DNA of 63,153 nucleotides, filler included. It is 7 parts of 7 records of this genome, joined end to end, with 100 filler letters (N's around TTAATTAATTAA, not from the genome) between each part and the next. Parts side by side here need not be neighbours in the genome. Positions count along the whole stretch, not along the records: positions 35,540 to 52,122 come from SRR20825010_3071; 6 more parts are not named here. One strand, 5' to 3'. Shown piece by piece: positions 40,255-49,971 of this stretch (position 1 is its first letter; the number at the start of each line of letters is the position of its first letter). The notes under the pieces were generated by a model, which was given only the letters and a program-made list of their open reading frames with translations, had not been told where the DNA came from and did not search any database. Made by a program: the position numbers and the translations under genes.

Positions 40255-42738
40255 ATGAGAAAAATAATTACGTTACTTTGTTTTTTCGCGCTTCTCGTAA
40301 GCGGAGAATTATCTGCACAGACTAACACATGTGTCATAACTATCACTCCAATGGACACGACTATCTGTCCTGGAGACTCAGTATTCATTCAAGCTACTGC
40401 TAATATTTTAGGTGCAGGACAAGCGTTCAACTTTAATGCAGGTAACATTCCTCCAGGTTGGAGTGCTGCGGGTGGAACAGCTTTTTCGTCACCATGTGGA
40501 CCTAATCCAACAAACTCACCTTATTACTGGGCATCAACTGCCGGTAGCGGTCAGCCTGGGATTTTCACAAGCGCATTCGATATTACTTGTGGAGGTGTGA
40601 TAACCTTTGATATGGTTTATGCCATTCAGGGAGGAGCCGCACCTTGTGAAGGACCTGACCTTGCGAATGAAGGTGTTAGTTTACAATACAGTACTGATGG
40701 AGGAGTTACTTGGTTTGATGTAATTTATTACAGTCCAGGTGGATTCAGTCTTCCTTCGATGCCAGCATCTTCTGCTGGAGTACTTCCTCCAGGAAACATT
40801 ACAGCATACACATCATGGAGTTCATTTACAGTTCCTATTCCTGCAGGAGCTCTTACAACAACTACACAATTTAGATGGATTCAATTTAACTCATCTGGAA
40901 CTTGTTGTGACAACTGGGGAATTGACAACGTTGTAATTAACGCAACTGGACCTCCTTGTGGAACAAATGCTGTTGTAAACTGGAGCAATGGACTTAACGA
41001 TACTCTTTCGTTTTGGGCTGTTCCTGTAGCAGATACCAACTTTGTTGCATTTGTTTACGATACTGTAGGTAACTTCCAATGTCAATCTGATACTGTATTT
41101 GTGAATTTATTTGATGGTAACTTCACATACACACTTCCAAATACTACAACTGTTTATTGTCCAGACGATTCAGCTTTAGTATCGGTTACAAACATTCAGA
41201 ACGCATTACTTCCAGTTAGCTATGATTGGACAACAGGAAGCACGATCAGTTCATCTTATCTTAGTGCTGCTGGTGTAACACCAGATACATTAATGTACTA
41301 CGTCGACGTCACCGATGGCTGTGGCTTTGTGATAGGCGATAGCGTCCAGCTCGTCGTCAATCAAACACTCAGGATTGACACAATGACAACCGTTAGTCAA
41401 GTGAATTGTGCTCCAAATGGATCAGCACAAGGAATCGTGGCTGGAAATATAGGACCGATCAATTATTCATGGACTGGACCGGGTAACTCGGGAACATATT
41501 CTTCGAATAGTAGTATTATTTCGGCTGTAACTACGGGTTGGTATTATTTAACAGTGACAGATAACGTTTGTTCGGTATTAGACAGCGTTTTCATAGACAG
41601 CGTTAACGTTGATAACTTAACATACAATTTAGTTGACTCTGCGTTCTTATACTGTCCAACTGATTCCGCTCAGGTTCAGGTAACTGGTATTACAAACGCA
41701 ACGTTACCGATGACTTACAACTGGTCTACTGGAAGCACAACAAACTCAGCTTACCTTCCTACAAATGGAAATGACCAAGAAACAATTGTTTACTATGTGA
41801 CTTTTAATGATGCATGTGGATTAACAAGAACGGATAGTGTTGTACTCGTCGTAAATAAATTACTGAATATTGATAGTTTGTTCCAACGACCGACCACAAC
41901 CTGTAATCCGGATGGAGAGGTTGCTGGGTTTATCTCTGGAAACACTGGATCACCTCAATATTTATGGCAAGAATTCATCGATTTCCAGAACCCAGGTGCA
42001 GGAGGATCAACACCTACTTCATCATGGAATAACACTGGATCTGGTTGGTACTACTTTACTGTAACTGACAACGTTTGTACAGATGTAGACAGTATTTTCC
42101 TAGAAATGCTCGATCCACCGATTGCTTCGTTTACTGCAACTCCACAAGATGGATGTGCTGGTATGATGGTGAACTTCACAAATACAAGTCAAAACACAAC
42201 GAACTATTATTGGGATTTCGGTAACGGAAACACTCAAGCGACAGGAAACATGAATGGTTATACTCAGCAGTATTACAATTCAGGGCAAGTAATGCTCATC
42301 GCTTATCTCGATAATTCTCAAACGTGTTCAGATACAGCTTATGCAAATATCTCAGTGGTAGAATGTGGTTGTACAGATCCATTAGCGATTAACTACAATC
42401 CGTTAGCAGTGGTTGACGATCAGAGCTGTATATACCCAATTCCTGTGGTAAATGCTCCGAACATCTTTACACCAAACGGTGACGGAAGCAATGATTTATT
42501 CTTCTTCTCAACAATTTACACTGTTGAGCTTCAAGTAACCATCTTAAACAGATGGGGAAATACGATGTTCGAGCAAACGTTCCCAGTTGTGCAAGGCGCA
42601 GCTCCAATTGGTTGGGACGGTACAAGTCCGAACAACACGAATGCTCAAGAAGGAACTTATTTCTATAAGTATACAGCAATAGGTATTAATGGTGATGAAG
42701 TTTCAGGACAAGGTTTTGTACAACTTGTACGTAACTAA
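40255..42738 (+). CDS. T9SS type B (gliding-motility CTD) surface protein with reelin-like, duplicated Ig-like and PKD domains
   Basis: Signal peptide, LQYSTDGGVTW...QFRWIQ...WGIDNV, PKD YYWDFGNG, GCTDPLAINYNP, C-terminal PNIFTPNGDGSND...NRWG...WDG...EGTYFY. Confidence 0.9.
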   Translation: MRKIITLLCFFALLVSGELSAQTNTCVITITPMDTTICPGDSVFIQATANILGAGQAFNFNAGNIPPGWSAAGGTAFSSPCGPNPTNSPYYWASTAGSGQPGIFTSAFDITCGGVITFDMVYAIQGGAAPCEGPDLANEGVSLQYSTDGGVTWFDVIYYSPGGFSLPSMPASSAGVLPPGNITAYTSWSSFTVPIPAGALTTTTQFRWIQFNSSGTCCDNWGIDNVVINATGPPCGTNAVVNWSNGLNDTLSFWAVPVADTNFVAFVYDTVGNFQCQSDTVFVNLFDGNFTYTLPNTTTVYCPDDSALVSVTNIQNALLPVSYDWTTGSTISSSYLSAAGVTPDTLMYYVDVTDGCGFVIGDSVQLVVNQTLRIDTMTTVSQVNCAPNGSAQGIVAGNIGPINYSWTGPGNSGTYSSNSSIISAVTTGWYYLTVTDNVCSVLDSVFIDSVNVDNLTYNLVDSAFLYCPTDSAQVQVTGITNATLPMTYNWSTGSTTNSAYLPTNGNDQETIVYYVTFNDACGLTRTDSVVLVVNKLLNIDSLFQRPTTTCNPDGEVAGFISGNTGSPQYLWQEFIDFQNPGAGGSTPTSSWNNTGSGWYYFTVTDNVCTDVDSIFLEMLDPPIASFTATPQDGCAGMMVNFTNTSQNTTNYYWDFGNGNTQATGNMNGYTQQYYNSGQVMLIAYLDNSQTCSDTAYANISVVECGCTDPLAINYNPLAVVDDQSCIYPIPVVNAPNIFTPNGDGSNDLFFFSTIYTVELQVTILNRWGNTMFEQTFPVVQGAAPIGWDGTSPNNTNAQEGTYFYKYTAIGINGDEVSGQGFVQLVRN

Positions 42739-42761
42739 AACATCATAATAACAAATTATTG

Positions 42762-42797
42762 AGGCCTGCGAAGCAATTGTTTCGCAGGCTTTTTTTA
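42762..42797 (+). terminator. Rho-independent terminator
   Basis: GGCCTGCGAAGC-AATT-GTTTCGCAGGCT followed by T-run. Confidence 0.85.
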
Positions 42798-42881
42798 TCT
42801 CTCTAATCTCAACTTTGGATCATCTTTGTAAAGTTCTCCTCCGCAGTTCGTCCAATCAACCTACTCTTATTGACTTTTCAA

Positions 42882-44480
42882 ATGCGAACTATCCTTATTT
42901 CGATTATTCTACTTAGTGGATTTCTTTCCATTGCTCAATCAGAAACCTTTTTTGACAGAGCCGATTCTTTCTTCCTAAAATACTGCCAAAATCAAAAGGT
43001 AAATTATTCGGCTGTCAGTAAAGATGATCAATTGCCCTTGTTAATTAACGAAATTGCAACGCAGCCTATTCCCTCAGGAAAAGAGAAAGCCTATTTGATC
43101 AATGTTTACAATCTTTTCGTGATTAACGCTGTAACGAAATCATATCCGATGACATCACCAATGGAGAATCCTAATTTTTTCGATGGGAACGTCCATGACC
43201 TCAACGGAACAATGATTTCATTAGATCATCTTGAAAACGGGATCCTTCGGAAAGAATACGCCGATCCACGATTGCATTTTGCATTGGTTTGTGGAGCCAT
43301 TAGCTGCCCTCCTATTGTAGGTTTCGCATATCGCCCTGAAAAACTGGACGATCAATTGGATAAACAAGCTAAACTGGCACTCAACAACGATACTTTTGTA
43401 TCTACCGATCTAGAAAGTAAGACCAATTACTTATCGGAAATATTCAATTGGTACATTGAAGACTTCGGTGGAAATGCGAAAAAGACGATCGCTTACATAA
43501 ATACGTTTAGGTCGAAGCCTTTCGACGCGTCATTTTCTACCAAGTTTTATCCTTACAATTGGACCTTAAACGATAGCAAAGCAACCGAAAATAGAGCTTC
43601 AACTGAAACTGCTGAGTTGGTTGAAACACCAATTAATTTGCAACAATTTACGGCAGGAAGCTTACTTGGGAAGGGGAAAATGGATTTTACGTTGTTTAAC
43701 ACGCTTTACACGGAGAATCATCAGCTTTGGCAAGGAACCGAAATCAGTGGTTATCGTTCGACATTCGTGACTCATTTGTTTCAATTTACCCTCGGCACGA
43801 GTAAGAATAAACGCGTAAACTTTGGTGTTGACATCAATTTCAGATCTTCAGGAACATCTATTGATTCAACTGCTGGAGGAATTCGCAATGCCTTCCTTTA
43901 TTCGAATACCGATTCAAGTCGCGTAGGGATAACATCAGTTGGACCACGGATCAAGATTCAACCATTTGCCGAGGTGCCAAATTTCAGTCTACAAAGTACT
44001 GTTCTCATTCCAACCATTGAGCATCCCGAAGGACGAAATGCGACGAATGATGTTACTGGGCTTTATTGGGCTGATTGGAATAGAATTACTTGGTGGAATC
44101 AATTTTTTGTGACCAAATCATTTAATAAATTTCAATTATTTACAGAGGCCGATCTACTCTTTCGATTCAGAACCAATGAAACACAAATCGGAATGCTTGA
44201 TCTCCCAGTAAGCGCTTTTTTAAGTTACTTCCCAACGAAAAAAGTAACCGTTTACGCAATGACGCAGCACGTGCATCGATTCACTAATGACATTGACCCG
44301 AACAATCCTATCATTACAGATTGGGTAATTCCTGCGAATTATACGGCTTCAGGTGCTGGATTTAAGTATCAGCTAAAATCAAACTTGAATATTGAATTGC
44401 TTTATACTAACTTTTGGCGTGGTAGAAACTCAGGACTGGGAAATACGTTCAACATCGGCATAAAATATTTGACTAAGTGA
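42882..44480 (+). CDS. DUF547 domain fused to a probable outer-membrane beta-barrel
   Basis: KAYLINVYN, SLDHLENGILR, DPRLHFALVCGAISCP, LSEIFNWY..DF, YNWTLN; then alternating beta strands ending NTFNIGIKY. Confidence 0.8.
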   Translation: MRTILISIILLSGFLSIAQSETFFDRADSFFLKYCQNQKVNYSAVSKDDQLPLLINEIATQPIPSGKEKAYLINVYNLFVINAVTKSYPMTSPMENPNFFDGNVHDLNGTMISLDHLENGILRKEYADPRLHFALVCGAISCPPIVGFAYRPEKLDDQLDKQAKLALNNDTFVSTDLESKTNYLSEIFNWYIEDFGGNAKKTIAYINTFRSKPFDASFSTKFYPYNWTLNDSKATENRASTETAELVETPINLQQFTAGSLLGKGKMDFTLFNTLYTENHQLWQGTEISGYRSTFVTHLFQFTLGTSKNKRVNFGVDINFRSSGTSIDSTAGGIRNAFLYSNTDSSRVGITSVGPRIKIQPFAEVPNFSLQSTVLIPTIEHPEGRNATNDVTGLYWADWNRITWWNQFFVTKSFNKFQLFTEADLLFRFRTNETQIGMLDLPVSAFLSYFPTKKVTVYAMTQHVHRFTNDIDPNNPIITDWVIPANYTASGAGFKYQLKSNLNIELLYTNFWRGRNSGLGNTFNIGIKYLTK

Positions 44481-45739
44481 TTAAAATAAGTGCGTTTATC
44501 GTTTTTGCTTTTATTGCTTTCGCTTCGTACTCCACTGACGTTCATTCCATCCGTTTTGAGGGATTGACGCGGACAAATGAATCCTTTTTACGTGGAATCA
44601 TTCAATTGAAAGAAGGTGAAATGTTCGATGAAACGATTTTGCAGGAAGATCTTTTTCTGCTCAAGAATCTGAATTTATTTTTTGATGTTCAAGGAAACGC
44701 TACCGAGTTCCAATCAAATTCTGTGGACATCGTTTTTGAAATCAAAGAAGCTAACTACGTTTATCCAATTGTTTCTGCCTCTGGATTTCAAGATCAATTT
44801 AAGCTTCAACTCGGTGTAAATGACATCAATTTTCTCGGTCGAGCACAATCGTTTGGGTGTTTGTATCAATACTACGATCGTCATTCTTTTTCAGTATTTC
44901 ACACAAGTAAGCGCCATCGAAACAATCGAACGGGACATGAAGTTGCTCTTGCGAAATATTCGACGTTGGAACCGCTTTACTTTTTCGACACGGTGAGTAA
45001 TTTCAATTTTGACAATTATTCTCTTTCTGCGGGAGGATATTATTGGCTTGGTCGCTACTTGAATGCGAATATTGGTGGTGCGTACATGTATGAACAGTAC
45101 AATCAGCGCGACGAGGCGTTTTCGATTGGCGGCGGCGCTACGTCGTTTGCGTTTCACAAGCATCAGGCACGTGGTAGTTTGAATTTCGACAAAGTGGAGA
45201 ATGTATTTGAACGGCGCGATGGATTTACTTGGAAGGTGTATGGTGAATGGATTCACACGTATGGTGTACTTTCCAAGGATGCGAGCTTTTTAAAGTTGCT
45301 TGTGCAGAATAGGTGGTATAAATTTGTTGGTGAAGGTGGAAATCTAGCCGTATCATCCCGTTTAGGCATTGCCTCAAACAATGAGAGTCCGTTTGCTCCA
45401 TTTGTCCTAGATGGTTTTGTAAATGTACGCGGAATTGGGAATCGAATTGAACGAGGTACTGCGGAGCTTATTGGCAATTTTGAATATCAGCAGCGTATAC
45501 TAAAGCACAAATATGTAACATTACAAGTTGCGGGCTTTGTGGATTATGGTGCTTTGCGCGAACCAGGGCAATCATTTTCACAATCGTTCTCCACTCCTAC
45601 TCCAAACGTCTTTACTGGCGGAGGTTTTAGGCTACACTTGAATGTCTTCTATAAAACATGTATTCGAGTTGATTATTCCATTAATCCGTGGGATTCAGAT
45701 CAGAAGGGCTTCACTTTTGGGTTCGGTCAGTTTTTTTAA
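44477..45739 (+). CDS. Omp85/TamA-like outer membrane protein with a single POTRA domain
   Basis: IRFEGLTRTNE...DLFLLKNLNLF, DINFLGRAQ, NVRGIG (VRGY-like loop), C-terminal GFGQFF. 4-nt overlap with the upstream gene. Confidence 0.85.
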   Translation: MIKISAFIVFAFIAFASYSTDVHSIRFEGLTRTNESFLRGIIQLKEGEMFDETILQEDLFLLKNLNLFFDVQGNATEFQSNSVDIVFEIKEANYVYPIVSASGFQDQFKLQLGVNDINFLGRAQSFGCLYQYYDRHSFSVFHTSKRHRNNRTGHEVALAKYSTLEPLYFFDTVSNFNFDNYSLSAGGYYWLGRYLNANIGGAYMYEQYNQRDEAFSIGGGATSFAFHKHQARGSLNFDKVENVFERRDGFTWKVYGEWIHTYGVLSKDASFLKLLVQNRWYKFVGEGGNLAVSSRLGIASNNESPFAPFVLDGFVNVRGIGNRIERGTAELIGNFEYQQRILKHKYVTLQVAGFVDYGALREPGQSFSQSFSTPTPNVFTGGGFRLHLNVFYKTCIRVDYSINPWDSDQKGFTFGFGQFF

Positions 45740-45794
45740 TTGTGAAATATTTTCACAATTTTGTAACTTAAATGGAAATTATGTTTACATTTAC

Positions 45795-45972
45795 TCCCAG
45801 ATCTATGAAATGATTTTGATCGCCTAGCAAAAACAAATTACATCCAATAAATAAGCTTAGCGCTGACTCCCAAAAACGAGTAGACAAAATACTGCTGCTC
45901 GAAGCATAGGAAAGGTTCTCTTGAACGCCCGACATTAAACTATAATGGTTTGATTGAGCCTTTCCTGTTTTT
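45795..45972 (+). ncRNA. Candidate small RNA (promoter, no ORF, terminal stem)
   Basis: TTTG...TACATTTA Bacteroidota-like promoter upstream. Stems CGAGTAG/CTGCTCG and AGGAAAGGTTC/GAGCCTTTCCT followed by GTTTTT. Confidence 0.35.
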
Positions 45973-45980
45973 GAAATTTA

Positions 45981-47300
45981 TCACGTCATCGGTACTAAAT
46001 ACACCCATTCAACAAATTTAAAGGCTTGCTTTCCGTTTACTTCGCCTGTCCAATTAATTCGCTCGATGGGTTGAAGTATTCCAACGATTGGATATTTTTC
46101 ATTTACTTCTGTTCTTCCGCTGGTTTTTGGACGAAGTAGTACTGTTTCACTCAGATATCCCGGGAAATGTCCTTCATAATACGTTGTATCGTTTTCCAAG
46201 AAGTGTTTTGTTTTAATGGTTCCGATTAATCGCGAGTTTATGGTGGAACGATTCTTACTTACGGGATATACATAAAACTGTTTTTGATAGAATTTGTTAA
46301 TCCGAGATTCATTAAATGACTCGCCTTTTACACGAACATGGAACATAGTTCTTAACTGGGCTTCAGCGCTACGAGATTCTATGCTGAATGGAAGTTCTAA
46401 CTTTATTGGGTTCCATCTGTTAGGAATCAGTTTAAATCGACTCAAGCGGATACTACAAACAACAATGATAAAGGCAACATAGCAGATCTGAAGCATAAAA
46501 TTTAAAATCAGTTCTGAGATGTCTTCTGTTAAGAGCTTGACTCCCAATGTAGCTGCCAAAACGATTCCATAATTCACCATGAGATGTTTTAAGACTATCT
46601 CGCTGTCTACCACTTTATGATTGGAAAAATACACCGAATTGTTCAGCGCATTATTGAGAATTGTGGCAAAAATGGCAACGGTGACAAAGAAATAGAGAAT
46701 GGTAATTATCCAACCATAAGCTTCAGCTCCATCGAACAGCAGCCAGAAGTCATAAAACCCGTGAGAAATTGCTGCGAGCGCGATGAACATTGGAATCATT
46801 GCATAGTTTCGTTTGAATTTAGGGTGGAAACGTACTAAAACAAAGCCATAAACGGCGAGGGAAGAATCGCACACATGACCGAGTGACGCTAGAATGGATC
46901 GTCCAACAATAACGTTTGAACCGTAATTTTCGAAGTACATTACGTTCTCTAGGGCAGCAAACCCTAAAGCAGAAATGCTGGCAAACTGAATGTAATCCAT
47001 TGGACTTTTCAGTCGGGATTTAAACAAGAGCAAGGCAATAAAAAAGGGGAGTAATTTCACAAGCTCTTCTACCAGTCCGATTTCTAGGATACTGAATGCG
47101 AAGTCGTGTCCAAACTCTCCTGTTAATCCCTCAAAAACGAATCGTGGTAAAACATCCATTATGAGTGAAGAAATTGCTCCAGCTGCGAAGATTATGGACA
47201 TTTCCATTAAACTCTTTGAACTAAAAATGCTTATTCGCAAAAAATAGTCGATCCAAATCCACGCAATAAAAAGAGCAATTAGTGCAAAAAGAATTATCAT
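45981..47300 (-). CDS. PrsW family intramembrane metalloprotease
   Basis: GLVEELVK, ALGFAALENVMY, LGH, ISHGFYD. Confidence 0.9.
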   Translation of the reverse strand: MIILFALIALFIAWIWIDYFLRISIFSSKSLMEMSIIFAAGAISSLIMDVLPRFVFEGLTGEFGHDFAFSILEIGLVEELVKLLPFFIALLLFKSRLKSPMDYIQFASISALGFAALENVMYFENYGSNVIVGRSILASLGHVCDSSLAVYGFVLVRFHPKFKRNYAMIPMFIALAAISHGFYDFWLLFDGAEAYGWIITILYFFVTVAIFATILNNALNNSVYFSNHKVVDSEIVLKHLMVNYGIVLAATLGVKLLTEDISELILNFMLQICYVAFIIVVCSIRLSRFKLIPNRWNPIKLELPFSIESRSAEAQLRTMFHVRVKGESFNESRINKFYQKQFYVYPVSKNRSTINSRLIGTIKTKHFLENDTTYYEGHFPGYLSETVLLRPKTSGRTEVNEKYPIVGILQPIERINWTGEVNGKQAFKFVEWVYLVPMT

Positions 47301-47424
47301 TTGCCGAAAATACCAAATTCAAGAAAATAACAATTACCTCTACACCTGTGAAATCACTTAAGTTATGGGCCAATGCTTTTTTCCTTCCTTTAGATTTTTG
47401 TACCTTGCAAAAAAAACAATTCAC

Positions 47425-49062
47425 ATGAAAAGACACTTACTACTAGGATTATTAGGAACGATCGTATCCTTCTCTTCCTTCTCACAGAATGCAACAGACG
47501 ATCCAACACAGCGAAAGCATAAAACAGTTCTATCTCCTGTTAACGCATCACCTAAAATGGTTACCATTGGAGGTCTTACGGTGAACGGAAATATTCTTCC
47601 TTGTGATTCATCAAGTACAACGCTTACTGTTTCAGGAGCTTGTTCATACGAATGGTTCTCAGACAATTTAGGTGCAAACTCACTTGGTGTAGACGTTCCT
47701 CTTACTGTTAATTCAATCACTTCAGACACAACTATTTACCTTGGAGCTCTCGCGCCAGACACGGCGATTTCTCTTCCACTTCCAACCTATTCCGGACCAT
47801 ACTCTGGAAATGCAAGAGGATATTGGTTCCAAGCGCCAAGCGACTTCAACATTTCTGGATTAAGAGTACCAACAAGTGCGAGTAATTCACCTATTCAATC
47901 ATTGACCATTGTTCGTTTTAACTCTGGTGCTCCACCCGTTTATTCAGTAACAACGAATGATTTTACCGTTCTTGGATTGTGGCAAAACGTTACTGACGAC
48001 ACGATCAATGTATGTATTCCTGTCACTTCTGGTGATTTCATAGGAATCATGGGAGTTCGAGGAGGTATAAACTCGTACGCTCCAGGTCCATATACGTCAA
48101 ACATTAACGGAACTCCAGTTACATTAGGTAGACTTGGAATGCAATATGACTTAAATACGACTGCGCCACAAGACTTATGGGAAGAGCCAGGTGGTTCTAT
48201 CTCTAATGTTGAAATCATTTATGGTAACAACCTCGTTTCAACAAGCGCTACTCCTACTCCAATTACGATTGCGGTGCCAATGCCGAGTGCAACAACTGTT
48301 CCTATGGGAATTTGTCAAGGTGATTCGGTTTACCTTGAGGGAGCGTATCAATTGGCTAGTGGAACTTTCCTAGATTCTCTTCAAACAATTTCTGGTTGTG
48401 ATAGTTTAGCAACGACTGTTTTGACGGTTTATCCTTCGTACAACTATGTGCAAACAATCGATCTTTGTCCTGGTGACAGTGTATTAATTAATGGAACGTA
48501 TGTGAGTACGAATGGTGCGTTCTTAGAGCAGCTTCAATCTGTTAATGGTTGTGACAGTACTGTTTCTAAGCTTGTGAACGTGTCATCACTTCCAAATGCG
48601 AATGTAAATGTTGATCAATCGGGCGTTGTACTAACGGCTGCTACTTCTGGTGCTACTTACCAGTGGTTGGATTGTGATAACGGAAACGCACCTATCGCCG
48701 GAGCGACGAATCAAAGCTTTACCGCAACGGCTAACGGAAACTATGCTTTACAGATTATTGTAAATGGATGTGAAAATACGTCTGCTTGCACGGAGGTTAG
48801 CTCTGTTGGTTTAAATGAGTTTGAACTGGGAATAAATTTCTCTTTATTTCCGAATCCAACGACTGACAATGTGAATTACTCATTCTCTGGAGCTCATGTT
48901 CTTTCGTTCACGCTTACGGATTTGAATGGGAAAATTCTTTGGACAGGAACTGCAGAAAAGAATCAAGGAACGTTGAATCTTAACGCATTTGCATCGGGAA
49001 GCTATTTCTTAAATGTGGCGTCTGAAAGCAAGACGGCTGTGATGAGAATCGTTAAACGATAG
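47425..49062 (+). CDS. T9SS type A sorting domain protein
   Basis: Signal MKRHLLL, GCDS repeats, ATYQWLDC, FPNPTTD...GSYFL...RIVKR. Confidence 0.9.
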   Translation: MKRHLLLGLLGTIVSFSSFSQNATDDPTQRKHKTVLSPVNASPKMVTIGGLTVNGNILPCDSSSTTLTVSGACSYEWFSDNLGANSLGVDVPLTVNSITSDTTIYLGALAPDTAISLPLPTYSGPYSGNARGYWFQAPSDFNISGLRVPTSASNSPIQSLTIVRFNSGAPPVYSVTTNDFTVLGLWQNVTDDTINVCIPVTSGDFIGIMGVRGGINSYAPGPYTSNINGTPVTLGRLGMQYDLNTTAPQDLWEEPGGSISNVEIIYGNNLVSTSATPTPITIAVPMPSATTVPMGICQGDSVYLEGAYQLASGTFLDSLQTISGCDSLATTVLTVYPSYNYVQTIDLCPGDSVLINGTYVSTNGAFLEQLQSVNGCDSTVSKLVNVSSLPNANVNVDQSGVVLTAATSGATYQWLDCDNGNAPIAGATNQSFTATANGNYALQIIVNGCENTSACTEVSSVGLNEFELGINFSLFPNPTTDNVNYSFSGAHVLSFTLTDLNGKILWTGTAEKNQGTLNLNAFASGSYFLNVASESKTAVMRIVKR

Positions 49063-49082
49063 ATTAGAATTAATTTTATAGG

Positions 49083-49112
49083 GAAGGCTGTCTGAAAAGG
49101 CGGCCTTTTTTT
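49083..49112 (+). terminator. Rho-independent terminator
   Basis: AAGGCTGTCT-GAAA-AGGCGGCCTT followed by T-run. Confidence 0.85.
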
Positions 49113-49154
49113 GTGGTGGGGAAATGTTGGTTTGCGTAGGAAAAACTAGTACAT

Positions 49155-49224
49155 CTTCTACTATATTAGAACATAAATTACATCAATTTTGTTAGCGCAG
49201 GATTGCAAATTCTGAGAAGTAGGG
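49155..49224. repeat. Imperfect direct repeat, copy 1
   Basis: Core AATTACATC(T)AATTTTGTTAGCGCAGGATTGCAAAT shared with copy 2. Confidence 0.85.
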
Positions 49225-49291
49225 TGTAACGAAAGAGTGAGCAAATAAGCTAGTTATCTTCATGTTTCTCAGCTTTCATCCAAATTTTAAT

Positions 49292-49648
49292 CTAGTCATT
49301 TAGATAGAAACCTTTGAACTCTTCCTTCTCGATAAACTCTAATTTTTCATAAAGCCTAGAATCAATAATAAAGGATCTCATTGATTCTAGATACGCATAA
49401 TTAATAAAAAATCGGCAGCCTAAAGAATCAATGTTTTCATTTGGAATCAACCTATTAAGTTTATTAATTTTTCTATCAAATGAACATTCAACAGTTCCTT
49501 TTCCTGCTGTCGTCACTTTGTCTGCGACATAAGAAATCTGCCCGTTTGAGCGAAAATTATCAACCATAGTATTATGCATTTTTAATACAAATCTATTGTT
49601 AGAGCATGACGCAAAAAAAAGGATACAAAATAGTAGTAGATTTCTCAT
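49292..49648 (-). CDS. Small lipoprotein, candidate orphan immunity protein
   Basis: Lipobox FFASC, very AT-rich, downstream of the RHS gene. Confidence 0.6.
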   Translation of the reverse strand: MRNLLLFCILFFASCSNNRFVLKMHNTMVDNFRSNGQISYVADKVTTAGKGTVECSFDRKINKLNRLIPNENIDSLGCRFFINYAYLESMRSFIIDSRLYEKLEFIEKEEFKGFYLND

Positions 49649-49712
49649 TATTCTTTAGTGTTATTCTCTTCGCAGTAGCTGCGCTGCTGCGTCCTTCGAA
49701 AACCTAAGACAG

Positions 49713-49783
49713 CTTCTAAATATATTAAAAAAATAATTACATCTAATTTTGTTAGCGCAGGATTGCAAATCAGCGAAGTGGGG
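49713..49783. repeat. Imperfect direct repeat, copy 2
   Basis: See copy 1. AATTTTGTTAGCGCAGGATTGCAAAT is identical in both. Confidence 0.85.
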
Positions 49784-49971
49784 ATACAGAACATTTTATC
49801 CATACTTCTGTGACACTAGGTTCAGAAGAGCCATTGTAAAGCCCTACAATGAATGATCTCTTCAAATCAATACCTAATATTGATCTGAATCGACATTTTT
49901 TAAAATTTCAAAGAACTTATTTTAAGGTGATTAACTTTTTAACCACTCATTTTTTAATTGACGGTACACTA

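Noticed and set aside
45741-45757. Canonical CRP site
   Set aside because: TGTGA and TCACA are separated by 7 nt rather than 6. Kept only as an unassigned inverted repeat.
49155-49783. CRISPR array or IS ends
   Set aside because: Only two imperfect direct copies about 560 nt apart enclosing a gene; no cas genes, transposase or terminal inverted repeats.
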